Positions 26,572 to 41,000 of a DNA stretch of 64,000 bases are shown piece after piece (position 1 is the stretch's first letter; the number at the start of each line of letters is the position of its first letter). A model generated the notes under the pieces. It searched no databases. It was not told where the DNA came from and was given only the letters and a program-made list of their open reading frames with translations. Location: the NCBI RefSeq assembly GCF_009914755.1, contig NC_060926.1. One strand, 5' to 3'. This stretch comes from the human T2T-CHM13v2.0 reference genome, Homo sapiens. The translations under genes were made by a program, and so were the position numbers.

Positions 26572-27607
26572 AGAACTCCTGATTTTTAAATAGCTAGCTT
26601 GGAAAACAAAGCAATTACAACTTTTGTTGGAAGAGGCTGGACTCTTCTGATTAAAAAAGGTTTCTTTTTTTCTTCTCTAATTAAAGCTTTCCAAATCCAT
26701 TTGACTTTGTGATGAGAACAATTTTAAAAATCAACTTTACTGAGATACAACTTATATATAATAGAACACACCCATTTTAAGGGTACAGTTCAGTGAGTTT
26801 GGACAAACTCGGCAGTTTTGACAAATCTGTATGTCTGTCTCAGAATGTTCTTATATTCTCCAAAGGGTGATAGAGCTTTGAAAAGTTACAGAAGTGAAAA
26901 CCAGAGATCCTCTGACATCTGCTGGGAGATGGAAGCCTGATGGTGACATAAACAACGAGCCACTCAAGTGCTTCCCTTTAGGGGCGCTAAGAGTCCCAGC
27001 AGTGTAGCCATAATGGCTGGGTGCAAACCCTGGCAGCTTTCTACAAACTAGCTGCCTGATCATGGCCTCTCATCTGTAAGATGGAGACACAAGACCACAC
27101 AGGGCTGTACTGAGGAATTACATAATCCCTGGGAATGGTAACTGGTGCATGAGTACTATGTAATGTTGTGTATATATATGGACAGAGAGTAAAATGGACA
27201 TACGGAAAGCCAACTACTTGGAAAAATCTGGATGCTATCAAGACAAATGAGAACCAGCCCCGAACATATTTCCCAGCAGTGTTCTGTGTGCTGGGAACAT
27301 AGTAGCAAACAACAAGCAAGCTCCTGCCCTCATGGAGCTTACAATCCAGCAGGACTAGACAGAGGCAGAGAAAGCCCCAGGTTCTAGCACCTCAGATTGT
27401 GCCTGCAAAATCACCTGGGCGGGCAGGCAGGTGCAAGCTGCAGAAGACACACAAGCCACATTTTAACCCAGTCTGTACGGGTCATAATTTCTAATACATC
27501 TTTTCGATAATGGTGACTTAATACAACTTAATTAAAACTCCAATGTTTTAGGCGTTATCCCAGAGAATGCCACCATTAATGGGAGACTCGAACCTCAGTG
27601 TTTAAAA

Positions 27608-27808
27608 CGGGTTGGCAAACTATGGCCCATGGGCCAAATCTGGCCTGCAGTCTGTTTTTTATGGCTTGTGAGCTAAGAATGATTTTTACATTTTTGAAGT
27701 GGTCGAAAAAAAGACACAAATAAGAAGAGGCAACAGAGATAGTCTGTGGCCCATAAAGCCTCAAACATTTACTACCTGGCCCTTTACAGAAAAAGTCTGC
27801 TGAGCCTG
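27608..27808 (+). mobile_element. MER58-family hAT DNA transposon
   Basis: ggttggcaaactatggcccatgggccaaatc...ggccctttacagaaaaagtctgctga. Confidence 0.8.
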
Positions 27809-27984
27809 AGCTAGAAAAAGAGTAAGTAAATCGCTTAGTGATTTCCAGGAATGTCATTTCATCATTTATTGCACACTGATTACAAGAAGTGTTAGATCTG
27901 AAACCATAACTTGGATAGTAAGTCTCAAAAATTGAAGGGGCATCTCGTTTCAAGCATAGGACTGACTAGTTTGTTTAATTATAA

Positions 27985-28090
27985 TCGTGCCACTGTGCCC
28001 CAGCTTGGACAACAGAGCAAGACCCTGCCTCAAAAAACCAAACCAAGCCAAACCAAGCCAAACCAAACCAAACCAAACCAACAAAAAACA
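27985..28090 (+). repeat. Alu 3' fragment with (CCAAA)n microsatellite tail
   Basis: gtgccactgtgccccagcttggacaacagagcaagaccctg followed by ccaaa/ccaag repeats. Confidence 0.8.
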
Positions 28091-28466
28091 GGCCCCTGAC
28101 CTACATCGAAGAGCCAGAGCTTCTCCCCATCATGGTAGACAGGAAGGGGAGTGTCCTGCTTTGCTCCATGAGCTCTGGGATTTCTTACATTCTGAGAGTT
28201 CAACAGCCCAGGCTGAGAATACTTCAAAATTTCCCATACAGTCAAGATCAGTTCCCCATATAATAAACTTCTCACCTGCAATTATACAATTTTATCATGC
28301 TTAGGTTCATTGGGTGAGGGGCAGTAAATCTGTATAAATAATCTATATTTACAATAACCTGAAACTTCCATAATAAATATGAAATGGCTGGAAATGAATT
28401 TTCAAAAACTAAACTCAAAAAGTGAAGCTATGAGTAGACAAAAAATACCTAACATAACAATAGTTA

Positions 28467-28782
<316 letters not shown>

Positions 28783-29212
28783 TTATTGCATGGAAGAGTA
28801 ATTTACCCTTTTTATCTTAAAATCATCACCTTATTAACTCAATATGCAGTCCTTCGACTTCTGTCCCTAGCACCTTAACAAAAGTGATTTTGGAAAGGCT
28901 GACAAGAATCTCTAACCTGTTGAAGCCCATGATGCCTATCATTCCTCATTCTACATGACCTTCCCGTTCCACTGGACACTGTAGAATGTAGCTCCTGCCA
29001 GGCCCCACCATGAACCCCTTCTTCTGACAACTTCTTTGCTGACTCTATCTTTGCTGGTATTCCCTAGAGATCTGCCCTTGGAGCTTTTTCTCTTTTTCCT
29101 TTACATTCTCCCTAGGGCTCAATTTCATTAACATCAACAATCCAAGTCCCAAATGTCCAAAACTGAGTTAACTATCCCAAAAACATCGTGTGGATTCTCA
29201 AGTTTGTGATTA

Positions 29213-29382
29213 TGGTTCTTAACCAGACACACTTCAGAATAACACATGGAATGTTAAAAAGAAAATACTGCAGTCTGGGCCCGACCCCTCAGGGTCTAGG
29301 CCCCACCCCTCAGAGAGATTCTGACTCAACAGTTCTGGATAGAACCTAGGGATTCTACTGTGCACCCAGGCTGAGAGCCACT
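29213..29382. mobile_element. MER5-family hAT fragment
   Basis: ggccccaccctcagagagattctgactc...ggctgagagccactg. Confidence 0.6.
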
Positions 29383-29767
29383 GGTCCATGGTATCAACAT
29401 CAATCCAACCACCCAGGCTAGGAGCTACTTCAGGGCCATGTATGATTTCTTCTGCTGTTTGGATACCCAAAAGTTCAAATGTTAGTGGGAGGGGAGACAA
29501 TGTGCCTTCCCTAACCTGACTGATAATACTGGATGCCTTCCCTAACCTGACTGATAAGACTGGATGGCCGACGTCTAGCTGCAGGCAGTCTCTGTCCCCA
29601 CAGGGAGTGGCCTCTGCCTCCCGCTTGCCCCTGGGTGGGCTGAAGCAGTAAGCTGACTCTCAGGGCAAGCGTGTTCCTAAGGGTCTTGTCTCTTCCTTAG
29701 GGCTGGGTTCCAGTAGAAAAACTGGCCTTCAGAGAAAGGAGAGACTCTTCCAAATCTTTTGTTAGGT

Positions 29768-29950
29768 CAGTAGTTCTCAAAGTGTCCCCTGTTGCCCCAG
29801 AGTCCGCATCACCTGGGACCTTGTTAGAAATGCAAATTCTATGGCCCCATTCCAGACCTACAGAACCAGAACTCTGCGGGTAGGCACAGCAATCTATTTA
29901 ACAAGACCTCCAGGTGACAGTAATAATGTATGGTCAATTTAGGAATCCCA
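29768..29950. mobile_element. MER5A-like hAT DNA transposon
   Basis: cagtagttctcaaagtg...gcatcacctgggaccttgttagaaatgcaaattct. Confidence 0.8.
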
Positions 29951-29951
29951 G

Positions 29952-30301
29952 GGCTGGGCGCAGCAGTGGCCTGTAATCCCCAAAGGTTTGGGAAGCCAAA
30001 GCAGGAGGATCACTTGAGGCCAGGTGTTCCAGACCAGCCTGGGTAAAATAGTGAGACTTCATCTCTACAAAAAATTTTAAAATAAAACTAGCTGGGTGTG
30101 GTGGCACACACCTGTAGTTCTAGCTACTCAGAAGGCTGAGGCAGGAGGATCTCTTGAGCCCAGGAGTTTGAGGTTATAGTGAGTTATGATTGCACCACTG
30201 CACTCCATCCTGGGTTACAGAGTGAGACCTTTTCTCCAAAAAAACAAAAACAAAACAAACAAAAAACAAACAAACAAAAAAAAACAAAAACAAAAACAAA
30301 A
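29952..30301 (+). mobile_element. Alu (AluJ-like) with long (CAAA/CAAAAA)n tail
   Basis: Dimeric Alu; ~60-nt A-rich microsatellite tail. Confidence 0.9.
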
Positions 30302-31824
30302 GAATACCCTGGCTTTTAGGTATAAATTCTATCCAGGTTTATCAGAGACCTGTGTTGGGGAATTGCTGGCAAAAATGCAGGGCCTCATTTCCTATTTCTC
30401 TGTCCCCTGGGAATCTCTGGTGGATAGGTGCTGTCATTCAGAACAGAATTGGGGGAATTCTGAGTCACCTGGAAGAAATGATCTAAACAATGCAATTTTA
30501 CCATCAATCAATCGGTAGGAATGGATTCTACTTCTAAAACCTCAAATGCCTTTCTCATGCACCTCCACTGCCACTCCCTGAGCCCAGGGCTTCCTCAAGT
30601 GTTGCCTGGCCACCCGTAATGGCCTTGTCTCCCTGATGAGCATCTCTTCCTGCCCCACTCTCCCACCCCACTCCGTTTTCTACACTGTCAGTAGCCCTGA
30701 CTTCCCTTTGAAACATTTTTAAAGCTTAGAAATGTTATCCTGTCACTCATTTTCTACAGGATAAAGTTCAAATTTGGATTCACCTACCTTACCAGTGTCT
30801 GCTCCAGCCTATCCCTAACTCTTCCATATGCTCCACCCTTGACCTATCAGGGGCAATCATTGTATAACATATATAATTATTATTTGCCAATTAAAAAAAC
30901 AGAATTCAGAGGGAGACTGTCCTCTCAAAGATGAATTAATGAACTCAATGAACAGTGGGGAAGGCAGGATGTCTCCCAGCTGTACGGGAACCACAACTTA
31001 ACTGGTGCATAATCAGTAATAAAAATTAACCCATCTAAATAAAGATGGTACAAGCTGAATGGAGAAGCGGTTTAGAAAAACTCGGAAGTGTGTTTCCCTT
31101 GAAGTGACCAAGTGAGAAATATGCCCAAGGTGAACCTGGTGGCAGAGAAGGAATCTTGGTAGAGCAGCCAGGTTCGTCGGGTTCACACCACTGCCCGGAT
31201 GAAGCATCCCTGAGGCTGGTCACCCTGCTTGCCTGCTCCCACGATCTCCACACAGACTCCTCACCTACTGAGGTCATGCAATCATTCGGGTCTGTCTCTG
31301 GACATGAAGCTCTTCTGCGACATTCTCCCTGAGATTGCCCCTTTCCAGGCTCCCGGCATGGACCCCCTTGGCTCTATTCGTCATACAGCCTAAGCACCTA
31401 AGGGCAGGGATAAGGCCTTACTGATCTCTCCAGCCCCAGTGCCTTGCACAGCGCCCAGCACGTGGCAAGTGCTCAGCAGCATCTGCCAGGCTGCACAAGT
31501 CAGTGTTTAGCCTTCTCAACAGTGAAATATACCAATGCTGTGACCTGCTCTGAGACTCACTAACCCAAGTCCAAATGCTTATCCCATCTCAATCCTTTAT
31601 AAGTAATTTATCCTATCAATAAGTAGACTGTAATGCTCTTCTAGGATTAGTGGTTATGACCAATGAGTTTGGTTTTTGTGAGATTAGTACCAATCTGTGG
31701 CTTTACAGTGAAAATTTCTACAAATGACTTTCTGATCCCATTTCAGTCTCTACACTTAGTGGAGCCCAAGATTTTCCCTAATTGGGAAATATAAATCTCA
31801 TTTAAACAAACAAACAAAACACCT

Positions 31825-34800
31825 GGAGACTTACACTTTTGGGAAGATGGAGTAGATCTTTTCCTTATTCTTCCTGCCAAGCAAAACTAAAAACTCTAGG
31901 CAGTATACAAAAACAAAGAAGATGACTCTGAAAGGCAGAGAAGGTGACAGACTGGAGGGAGACTGGGGTCTGAGGAAAGGCATGATAGTAAGATTCCTGG
32001 GTTTTCTTTTTGCCACACACATCCACTCAGAAACACCAATGTGCACAAATAAAGCCTCGACAAAAGCCAGCTATCTCTTGCCAAAGGTGCAGGAAAGGGG
32101 CAGCCCAGCAAGACAAAGGCTCCAGGCCAACACCACGGTAAGAACTGGGGTGCCATATCCACCCATGCCAACAAAGGCCAAAGTGGGAGCCAAGACTTCC
32201 ACCCTTGCAAGGCTGTAACCAGACATCCCAGCATGCTGGCGATGGTGCTATCAGGGAGGGCTAAGCAGGGAGCTGAGCCTTTCATTCCAGACAGTCAGTA
32301 ATGAACGCCCTTCCTGGCCAGGCACTAAGGAGCCAACTCTCCCCTCCCTTTGCCACTGAGGTGGTGACAGAGGAGGCCGAGTGGACAGTCAGGACTTCTA
32401 CCACTGCCCAGTGGTGTCAGCAAAGACAACATGGGAACCAGAACTCCCAGCCCTACCCAGCAGTAATGAGGAGCCTCCCTGCCCTTGCGAGTCAACAGAG
32501 GACAGCAGGAAACCAGCACTTCTAACTCCACCTGGCAATAAAAAGGTGGCACAACCCCTTCCTCTGCCTCTGCCAGAGCAGTCAGAGAAAGCCAGTTAAA
32601 ACAGAAGGTTTAGGTAAGATCCAGTCTCAGAACATTAATACCCAAATGGTCCAGGTTTCAATCTACAGCCACTCTTCATACCAAGAATCAGAAATTTCTC
32701 AAATCAAATGAAAACACAAACAAAACAATAAACAGATGCCAACACCAAGATGAGAGAGATGTTGAAATTACCTGACAAAGCCATCATAAAAATGCTTGTT
32801 CAATGAGCAATTATGAACATGCTTGAAACAACTGAAAAAACAGCCACAGCAAAGAAATAGAAGCTAAAGAAGAACAAAATGGAAATGTCAGAACTGAAAA
32901 ATATAGTAACTGAAATAAAAAGCTCACTGCATGGGCTCAATAGCAGAACAGAGGAGACAGGAAATAATCAGTAAACAAATACAGACAATTAGGAATTATG
33001 AGAGAAAATGGACTAAAAAAAAAGAACAGAGCTTCAGGGACCCGTGTAATTATAACAAAAGATCTGACATTTGTGTTATCAAAGTCTCAGAAGGAAAGGA
33101 GAAAAAGGAAGGGCTGAAGAAGTACCTAAAGAAACAATGGGTAAAAACTTCCTAAATTTGGTGAGACTAAACCTATATAGACTTAAAAAAAAAAAAAAGA
33201 GCAAACCTCAAAAAGGGTAAACAGAAACGAATCCACATCAAGATGCATTATAATCAAACTTGTGAAAACTAAAGACAAAAAAACCTTGAAATCAGCCAGA
33301 GAAAATGACACATTATCTATAAGGAAAATACAATTAGAATGACAGATTTCTCATTAGAAACCACGGAGGCTAAAAGGAAGCATTTTTCAAGTACTCAAAG
33401 AAAACAAGTGTCATTCCAGAATCCTATACTCAAATGAAAATATCCTTCAGGAATATTCAGACATTCTCAGATGAAACAAAACTCAGAGAATTCATATCCA
33501 ACAGACCTACCCTAAAAAAATGGCTGAAGGAAGTTACCAAAACAGAAAGGAAATGATAAAAGAAGGAACCTTGGAGGATTAGGAAAAAAATATAAATAAA
33601 ACAAGATTTCCTTCATATCTTAAGTCTTCTAAATTATGTTTGATGACTGATGCAAAAATTCAAACATTATCTGATTTGGTTCTAAATGTATGTAGAGGAA
33701 ATATTTAAGACAACTGGGGGAAAGCAAAGAAACATAAAGGGAGATAAGGTTTCTATAGTTCACTTGCAATGGTAAAATGATGACCCCAGGACCATGAGAA
33801 GTTATGTACATATAATGTATACCTAGAGCAACCACTAAAAAAGAGATACACTAAAAAATGCTACAGACAAAACAGAATTCTAAAAAATATACAAGTAACC
33901 CACAAAAAGGCAGGAAAAAGAAAATAGAGAAAACAAAATAAAAATAAAATGGTAGATTTAAGTCCTAACATATCAATAAGCACATTAAAAGCAGACAGTC
34001 TACTTATGTAATTAAAAAGACAGAGATTGGCAGACTGGATTAAAAATCATGACCCAAATTATATGCTGTCTATAAGAAACGTACTTCAAATACAATGATA
34101 TAGGCAGGTTGAAGTAAAAGGATGGAAAAAAAATCATGGAAACATTAATTAAAGGAAAGCAGGTGGCTATATTAATACTAGATGAACTTGAGAGGAAAGA
34201 AAATTACTAGAAACAAAGAAGGACATGATATAATGATAAAACAGTCAATCCACCAAGAAGTTACAGCAATGTTAAATGTAAATGCATCAAACAAAAGCAC
34301 TGAAAACTATGTAAAGCAGAAACATCTAAAAGAGAAATCCACAATTACATTTGGAGATGTCAACAACCTTCTCTCAACAGTATAACAACTAGACAGAAAA
34401 ATCAGGAAAGAACTTAACACCATTATCAACCAACAGACTCTAATGGACATTTATAAACTAGTCCACACAAAACAGGAGAATATACATTCTTTTCAAGTGC
34501 CCATGGGTCATAAGCCAAGACAGACCATATACTGGGCCATAAAACAAACCTCAACACATTTAAAAGAAGTGAAATCATTTAACACATTTAAAAGAAATGA
34601 AATCAAAAGAAGTGAAATCATTCTCCCAACTAAAGTGGATTCAAAGTAGAAAGCAATAACAGAAAGATAGGAAAAGTCTCCAATCTTGGAAGACTGGAAA
34701 CTAAGCAACACACTTCTAAATTATTCATGGGTCACAGAAAGTCTCAAAAGAAAAAAAATGGAAGGGAATGAAACTGAAAGTTCCATATATCAAAATTTGT

Positions 34801-36465
34801 GGGACATCAATAAAGCAGGGGTGAGGAGGAAATTTATAGCACTAAAAGCATACATAAAACGGGGGGGAAAGTCCTGTATTAACAATTAAAGCTTCCACTT
34901 TACATAACTAAAAAAAGAGCAGAAAAATAAATCTAAAGTAAGCAGGACAAAGATAATAACAAAGATAAGAACAGAAGGCGCTGTGATTGAAACAGATAAG
35001 CAACGGAGAAAAATCAATGAAACACAAAGCTGTTCTTTGATTAGATCAGTAAAACTGACAAACCTAGCAAGACTGACCAAAAACCCCAAAAAATGAACAA
35101 AAATAACTAAAAAAGACACAAATTACCAATATCAGAAACAAAACAGAATATTCCTATAGACCCTACAGACATCAACATGATGGTAAGGGAATACTATAAA
35201 CAACTCTATTCACATAAATGTGGTAACTTAGATGAAATGATGGACCACTTGATTAAAAAACACTACTACCACAACTCACTGAATATGAAACAGATGATGT
35301 GAACAGCCCTGTAACTATTAGGAAAGTGACTTAAAAATTAACATCTTCCCCCCACTTTAAGTCAAAGTGAACTCCAAACTAAGTTTCACACTTCATACAA
35401 GATGAACTCAAAATGAATCATGGACTATAAAAGGATAAAAAGACACACTACAGGCAAGTAAAAATTATTTGCAAACCACATATCTGACAAAGTACTAGTA
35501 TTTAGAATGTGTAAATGACTCTCAAAATCAATAGTAGAAAAACCCAAACAATCCAATTAAAACAATGGGCAAAAGACATGAAGAAGGTATTTTACCAAGG
35601 AAAACATACAGATGTCAAATAAGCACATGAAAATATATTCAATATCATTATCCATTAGAAAATAACTGCAAATAAAAACCACAAAGAGGTATCACTACAC
35701 ACTTATCAGAATGGATTCAACAGAAAAAAATGAAGATGCTGCTGAGGATGTGGAGAACCTGGATCACTCCTACGTTGCTGGTGGGAATGTAATACAGCAC
35801 AGTCATTAGAGAAAACGTTTTTGCAGTTTCTTAAAAAATGAAATATGCAACTATCATAAGACCCAACAAATTCACTCCTGGGCACATATCCTAGAGAAAT
35901 GAAGTTCTGTGTTCATACAAAAACTTGTACACAAATATTTGTAGCATCTTTATACATAACAGCCCCAAATTAGACATAATCCAAATGTTCTTCAATGAGC
36001 AAATGACTAAAAAACCTACAGTACATCCATAAGTTGGACTACTATTCAGCAATAAAAAGGAACGCACTGGTGAATCTCCAGAGAATTAAACTGACTCAGA
36101 AAAACCAAAATGGTACATTCCTTTTGGGGAAAAGTTCTCCTTAGTCTGGCAACTATTAATCTCCTCCATTTCTACAATTTTGTCATTTCAAGAATGTTAC
36201 ATAAATGGAATCATAGTTGCCAGACTAAGGGGTAGGCTGAAGAAGGAGGGAAGTGAGTGTGGCTAGAAAAGGGCCCATGAGGATTCCTGTGGGCTTGGAA
36301 ATGTTCTGTGTCTTGGCTGTATCAGCATCACTATCCTGGGTATAGTAATAGTGTACAGTGGTTTTGCAATGTGTTACCATTGGGAGAAACTGGGTAAAAG
36401 GTATAAGAGATCTCTGAATTTATTATTTGCACGTGAATCTACAAGCATCTCAAAATAAAAAGCTA
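31825..36465 (+). mobile_element. Old LINE-1 (L1MD-like): 5' UTR, ORF1, ORF2 endonuclease and 3' end, with most of the RT region missing; antisense to TMEM131
   Basis: ORF-track fragments resemble L1 ORF1 (KRSDICVIKVSEGKEK) and ORF2 EN (ITRNKEGHDIMIKQSIHQE; WKLSNTLLNYSWV...YQNLWD); 3' end gttaccattgggagaaactgggtaaaagg...tctcaaaataaaag. Confidence 0.85.
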
Positions 36466-36479
36466 AAAAACAAGCAAGT

Positions 36480-36767
36480 GGCCAGATACGATGTGGCTCA
36501 CACTTGTAATCCCAGCACTTTGGGAGGCTGAGGCAGAGGGATTGCTTGAGCCCAGCATGAACAACATAGGGATACCCTGTCTCTCCAAAAATAAAAATAA
36601 AAAAATTAGGCATGGTGGTGCATACCTACAAGTTCCAGCTACTTGGGAGGCTGAGGTGGAAGAATCCCTTAAGTCTGGGAGGCTGCACTGGGCTGAGATC
36701 ACACCACTGCACTCCAGCCAGTGAGACTCTGTCTTAACAAAACTCCCAAAAACCAAAAACCAAAAAC
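36480..36767 (+). mobile_element. Alu (AluJ-like)
   Basis: Diverged dimeric Alu inserted just after the L1 tail. Confidence 0.88.
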
Positions 36768-37781
36768 TCTTTATTGACAAAAACATTTGTCTCTGACTGT
36801 GGGGTACCTTGGGGCTAACCTCAGTGTGTGGAAGAACACTTAGGCTGCTAAATGTTTAGTGTAGAGAACCACCCACTAGCTATACTTACCCATGGTCACC
36901 ATAAATGCTGTGCATGTGGGGGTGACTGAGTGTTCATCTGAGAGGCACGGTGTAGGTGAGGAGCTCTCATTCAATGTGAAGATGCTGGGTTTGACGGGGG
37001 GCCGACAGAAAGGATCTATGTGAAGAACATTGCCATAGTCTCTGTAACAGAGCCACGATATCCGTTCTACTATTCGATGTCCTCAGATTCAGGCAGGAAT
37101 TTAATGCCAGCAAACTGTTTTTTCCAGATGAACTCCTATGCCCCCTTTTCCTTCAGAACTATATGACATTTTTCCTCAACCATAACTGCCAGAAAATTTG
37201 CAGTTCAACTTAACACTTAATGGTAACAACTAACTTTATTCGAGGTTTCTGCTGATAGTACCGTAACTAAAAAACAGATGAAACACCAAAAACCATTTCT
37301 GACTTTTATTCATTGTTTTATATGTGCTATGATAATTTAAACTGCCTCTAATCTGTTTTAAATGTAGGCAAAGTATGAATTATCTATGTAAAAAGCATGT
37401 CCTAGACATTTACTTCGTCTTTATCTTCACTACATGCTGTGTAATGAATTTGTCTGAGCTAGGTGCTCTGAATGAATCGTTAGTCTGAGCTAGTTAGTTG
37501 CCTCTCTCCCACTTTAAATCATTTCATTTAATTGCCACCCAAAAGAACTATTTCAGGGAAGTTTCAATCACTAGCAAATGGGTTCTCTGAACATATGTGG
37601 TCCCACGTTAGGCCCTGTCATATCAGTGACAGCACCTGAGAGGGACATCTCTGGACAACCTCCAGAGAATCACCAACTGTGACCTCCAGAAAGAATTTCC
37701 CCAGGCTTCAGGGGTGCTGGCATCACACTTACGGACTTCTTCTTTTCCTGGACCTCCCATTGTCTGGGCCCCAGGCCTTAT

Positions 37782-38010
37782 ACAGGTGGACAATCTCTTA
37801 TCTGTAAATCTGAAATCCAAAAAACTCTCAAAGGTTTTTTTCCCCAAACTCATTTAGAAACAAAACTTAATATGACTATATATTTTTGGTGGCTGCTGAT
37901 GTTCACCTACTTTTACAGTCTTCTGCATCGTGTGGTGCATGACTACATACCTTTCCAAAATTCTGAATTCTCAAACACACGAGGCACCCAGAGTGTTGCA
38001 TAAGGACTGT
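37782..38010. mobile_element. Probable Tigger-family (MER46-like) fragment
   Basis: tacaggtggacaatctcttatctg...ctgaaatccaaaaaactc...ttccaaaattctgaattc. Confidence 0.4.
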
Positions 38011-41000
38011 GGACCTCACCTCTAGCTCACTCTGACATCCCATTTCCAAGGCTGCACCTACGAACCTGGTATTGCCCAGAACTGCTTTTCCTCTGAAACC
38101 TTACACTCACACCTCCTTTTTAAACCTTAGTCTCCTAACATTCCTTGCTCCCACCATCCTCGAAATTCAATCTGTTGGATTTCCCATCCCTTGACTCATC
38201 CATGTTCTCTATCTGTGAGGTTCCTTCTGGCTAAAGGTCCTTCCCCAAGTTGCTAATTCGACACTGCCAGCACAGCACCCCACCGCTCTCCTGCCAGCAC
38301 TCCTGTGACGTCCTCACTCGCTGTCTTTTTGCTGTCCCTGCCCCACAGAACTCCAGCACTGTCCTACTCCACCAACTACCCAGTTTTCATTCTTCACCAC
38401 TGGGCTGCAGGGTACAAGTGAGAAAGTGACACAAACCTGAGGCAGTGCCTCAGTGGCCCTCGGCTGGGCCTCCAATGTTGCTGAAGGGGCCAGCGTACAG
38501 ATCCAAGTTTCCTGCCCCTGCTGACTCCCTGGGCCTACAACATTCTCAGCAACGTGGAATCTGACTATTCCAAACTTTGTCTATTTTGTGTTTCTACCCT
38601 ACCACTTCCCCCAGCAGTCTCAGAGGATGACTTAGTTCAAGTAAAAACTTCCCTAAACCCACATGCTGCCTCAAGTTGACTCCTCAAGTTCAAGTGAAAA
38701 CCCGTATCCTGCCTCTCCATCTCTACCAACTCACGCACATCTGCACACCTGCGGACTGTCCATCCTTTTATCATCTACCAAACTGGGTCTCGGCCCACTC
38801 CACCACCTGGGCACATGGTTTCACCAATTATCTCCTCATTTTCTTCCCCCTCCCTCTTTTTCTTCGAGGAGGCAGCACAGTGCAGGAGTTAGAATCACAC
38901 AGACTGGGTCTTGCTCCCATTCTGCCCAGCGCTGCCTTACTGGAAAACCGTAGCAAGCAGTGCCAGTCACCAGGGTGCACGAGAAATTGTGGTCACGTCT
39001 GAAACCTTGGCAAGTGTGGATCAGCACCACTGTCTCAGCTCTATAGGCTTTCTGACCTTGGCCCAGAGATATTTTCAAGCACCATGTTTCCATGTATTAT
39101 TCATTTTTCATAAAAAATATTGCCTTCTTGGTTGTAACTCTCTATATTTTTTAAAAACCTACCATACAATACATGCATACTTTTTTCTTGTTAAAAATTA
39201 AATAGGGAAAATACAGGTTAAAGAGTAAAAGCTCCCAAAACACTCACTAGTTAGTGGCCACTACTAACAGTCTGATGTGAAAGTTACTCTAAGCCACAGT
39301 GACTTGGTCTCAGTCAGAGGTGATGGCGCTTCACACAAACTGTTCTTTCCAAGGTCACAAATAATGTCCTCAAGTCCAGGCTCCGCGAGCACTCTTCAGC
39401 CTCTGCTTTGCCTGGCCCTGCCTGCTGGCATGTGCTAACCACACCTTCCACTGCTTTCTGTTATGCTGTCTGTCATGCTATCTGCTGGCTGCCTTCTCGT
39501 TTGGCCTTGCCCTCAGGATTCTCTGCTTGTCCCAATTCTTACCCTTGAGACCAAGTTCCTAACAGATGCTTCTGCTGGGATGCTCCACAGCCACCTTCAA
39601 CTCAGCAGGCTACAGATGGCATGTGCCACTTCCTGCCCCAATAATAACCATGGCAGTAGTGATATCCTATGATGTGGGGAGTAACTGTTCTCTTCACTTT
39701 AAAAATAACAAGTGGAGGCTCAGGGGAGTCATTTTCTCCCAAGTCACACAGTTAGTAAGGGAGCGGAGTCAAGATATAATCTGCACCTGCCTAATGGCAG
39801 AACGTGGCCTCAGGACGCCACACCTCTCTGCCTCTCCCTACCCTTGATAAAGCCAAAGCCAGAAACGAGAATGGCCACAGACGCCATCATTTCTCTGGTT
39901 AACAGACACTGAGACCCAACTGTGCCAGGCTCACGGCTTTCTTGGGTTTTAGCCCTCAATCCTGCAGTGGCTGCTGTCCAGTCCATGGGGTTTAAGTGTT
40001 AGAGGGGGGAGAAACCAAAGAAGTACAGAATCTAATGATTATTCAGCAACAAGAGTCCCTGCTCAGGCCAACCATGAACAGGCGGCATTTCTGGGCATCA
40101 TCTTCCACTGGAAGCAGTGACTGGAGAGATGGCATAGCATGGCTGTGTGGCTTGCAAGCCATCCAACCGCAGAAGGCAAGATCCAGGGAGATAAACACAT
40201 TCACTTGAAGAGGTCATCCTGAGCAGCTTCCAAAAACCAGAAACTACATAAGCTCATTATAAGAAATAATTTTAGTATGAGATACCAGGGGGAGAAAAAA
40301 AAGAACGTGTTGCCTCTAAAAAGAGAATGTTACTATTTAATGTAAATCTGCTATTTGCAGGGGTGTGGGGGTAGGCTTTTGAAAGATTATAAAGGTTTTG
40401 CCCAGCTGGAAGCCTATAGTTTCACAACATACTACTAGTTTGCAACCCCAAGATCAATGCCCACCTTTTAAAGTTCATTTTAAAGACTGTCTGTCTATAT
40501 GCATGCTATACTTCAATAAAAACATTGAAGAAGAAAAAAAATATAGATACAGGCTCCTTCCTTTTTCCCAAACAGCATCAGTGGGAAGGATAGTGAGTAG
40601 AGTAGCCGCGCCTGCAAAGCTTCTAACCACTGTCTCCTCACAGGCTCAAGAGTCACCAATAATGTGGCATCCATGCTCCCTCACTGAGTATCTCTTAGTA
40701 GGTTGACTCTAGGACCACTGTGAAAATTAAAAAGCATTTCATTTTAAAATTTAGGTTCTCAATGAGTGACCCTGAAAATAGAATTGGCCCATCACGCTGG
40801 TGTTGGAAGACTGTGTTGACACAGGAATGAGGTAGTCAATTTGACTGCCCAACTCTTTCTTTGTGATAAGAAAGGATAATACAGATTTATTTTATTCACG
40901 CCCTAAATGTGGGGAAAACGCTATGTAACTTGATCTAATTAAAAAAGAACTTTTAAGTATTCACTTAAGATTATTCTAAAAATTACCCTAAAATATGTAA

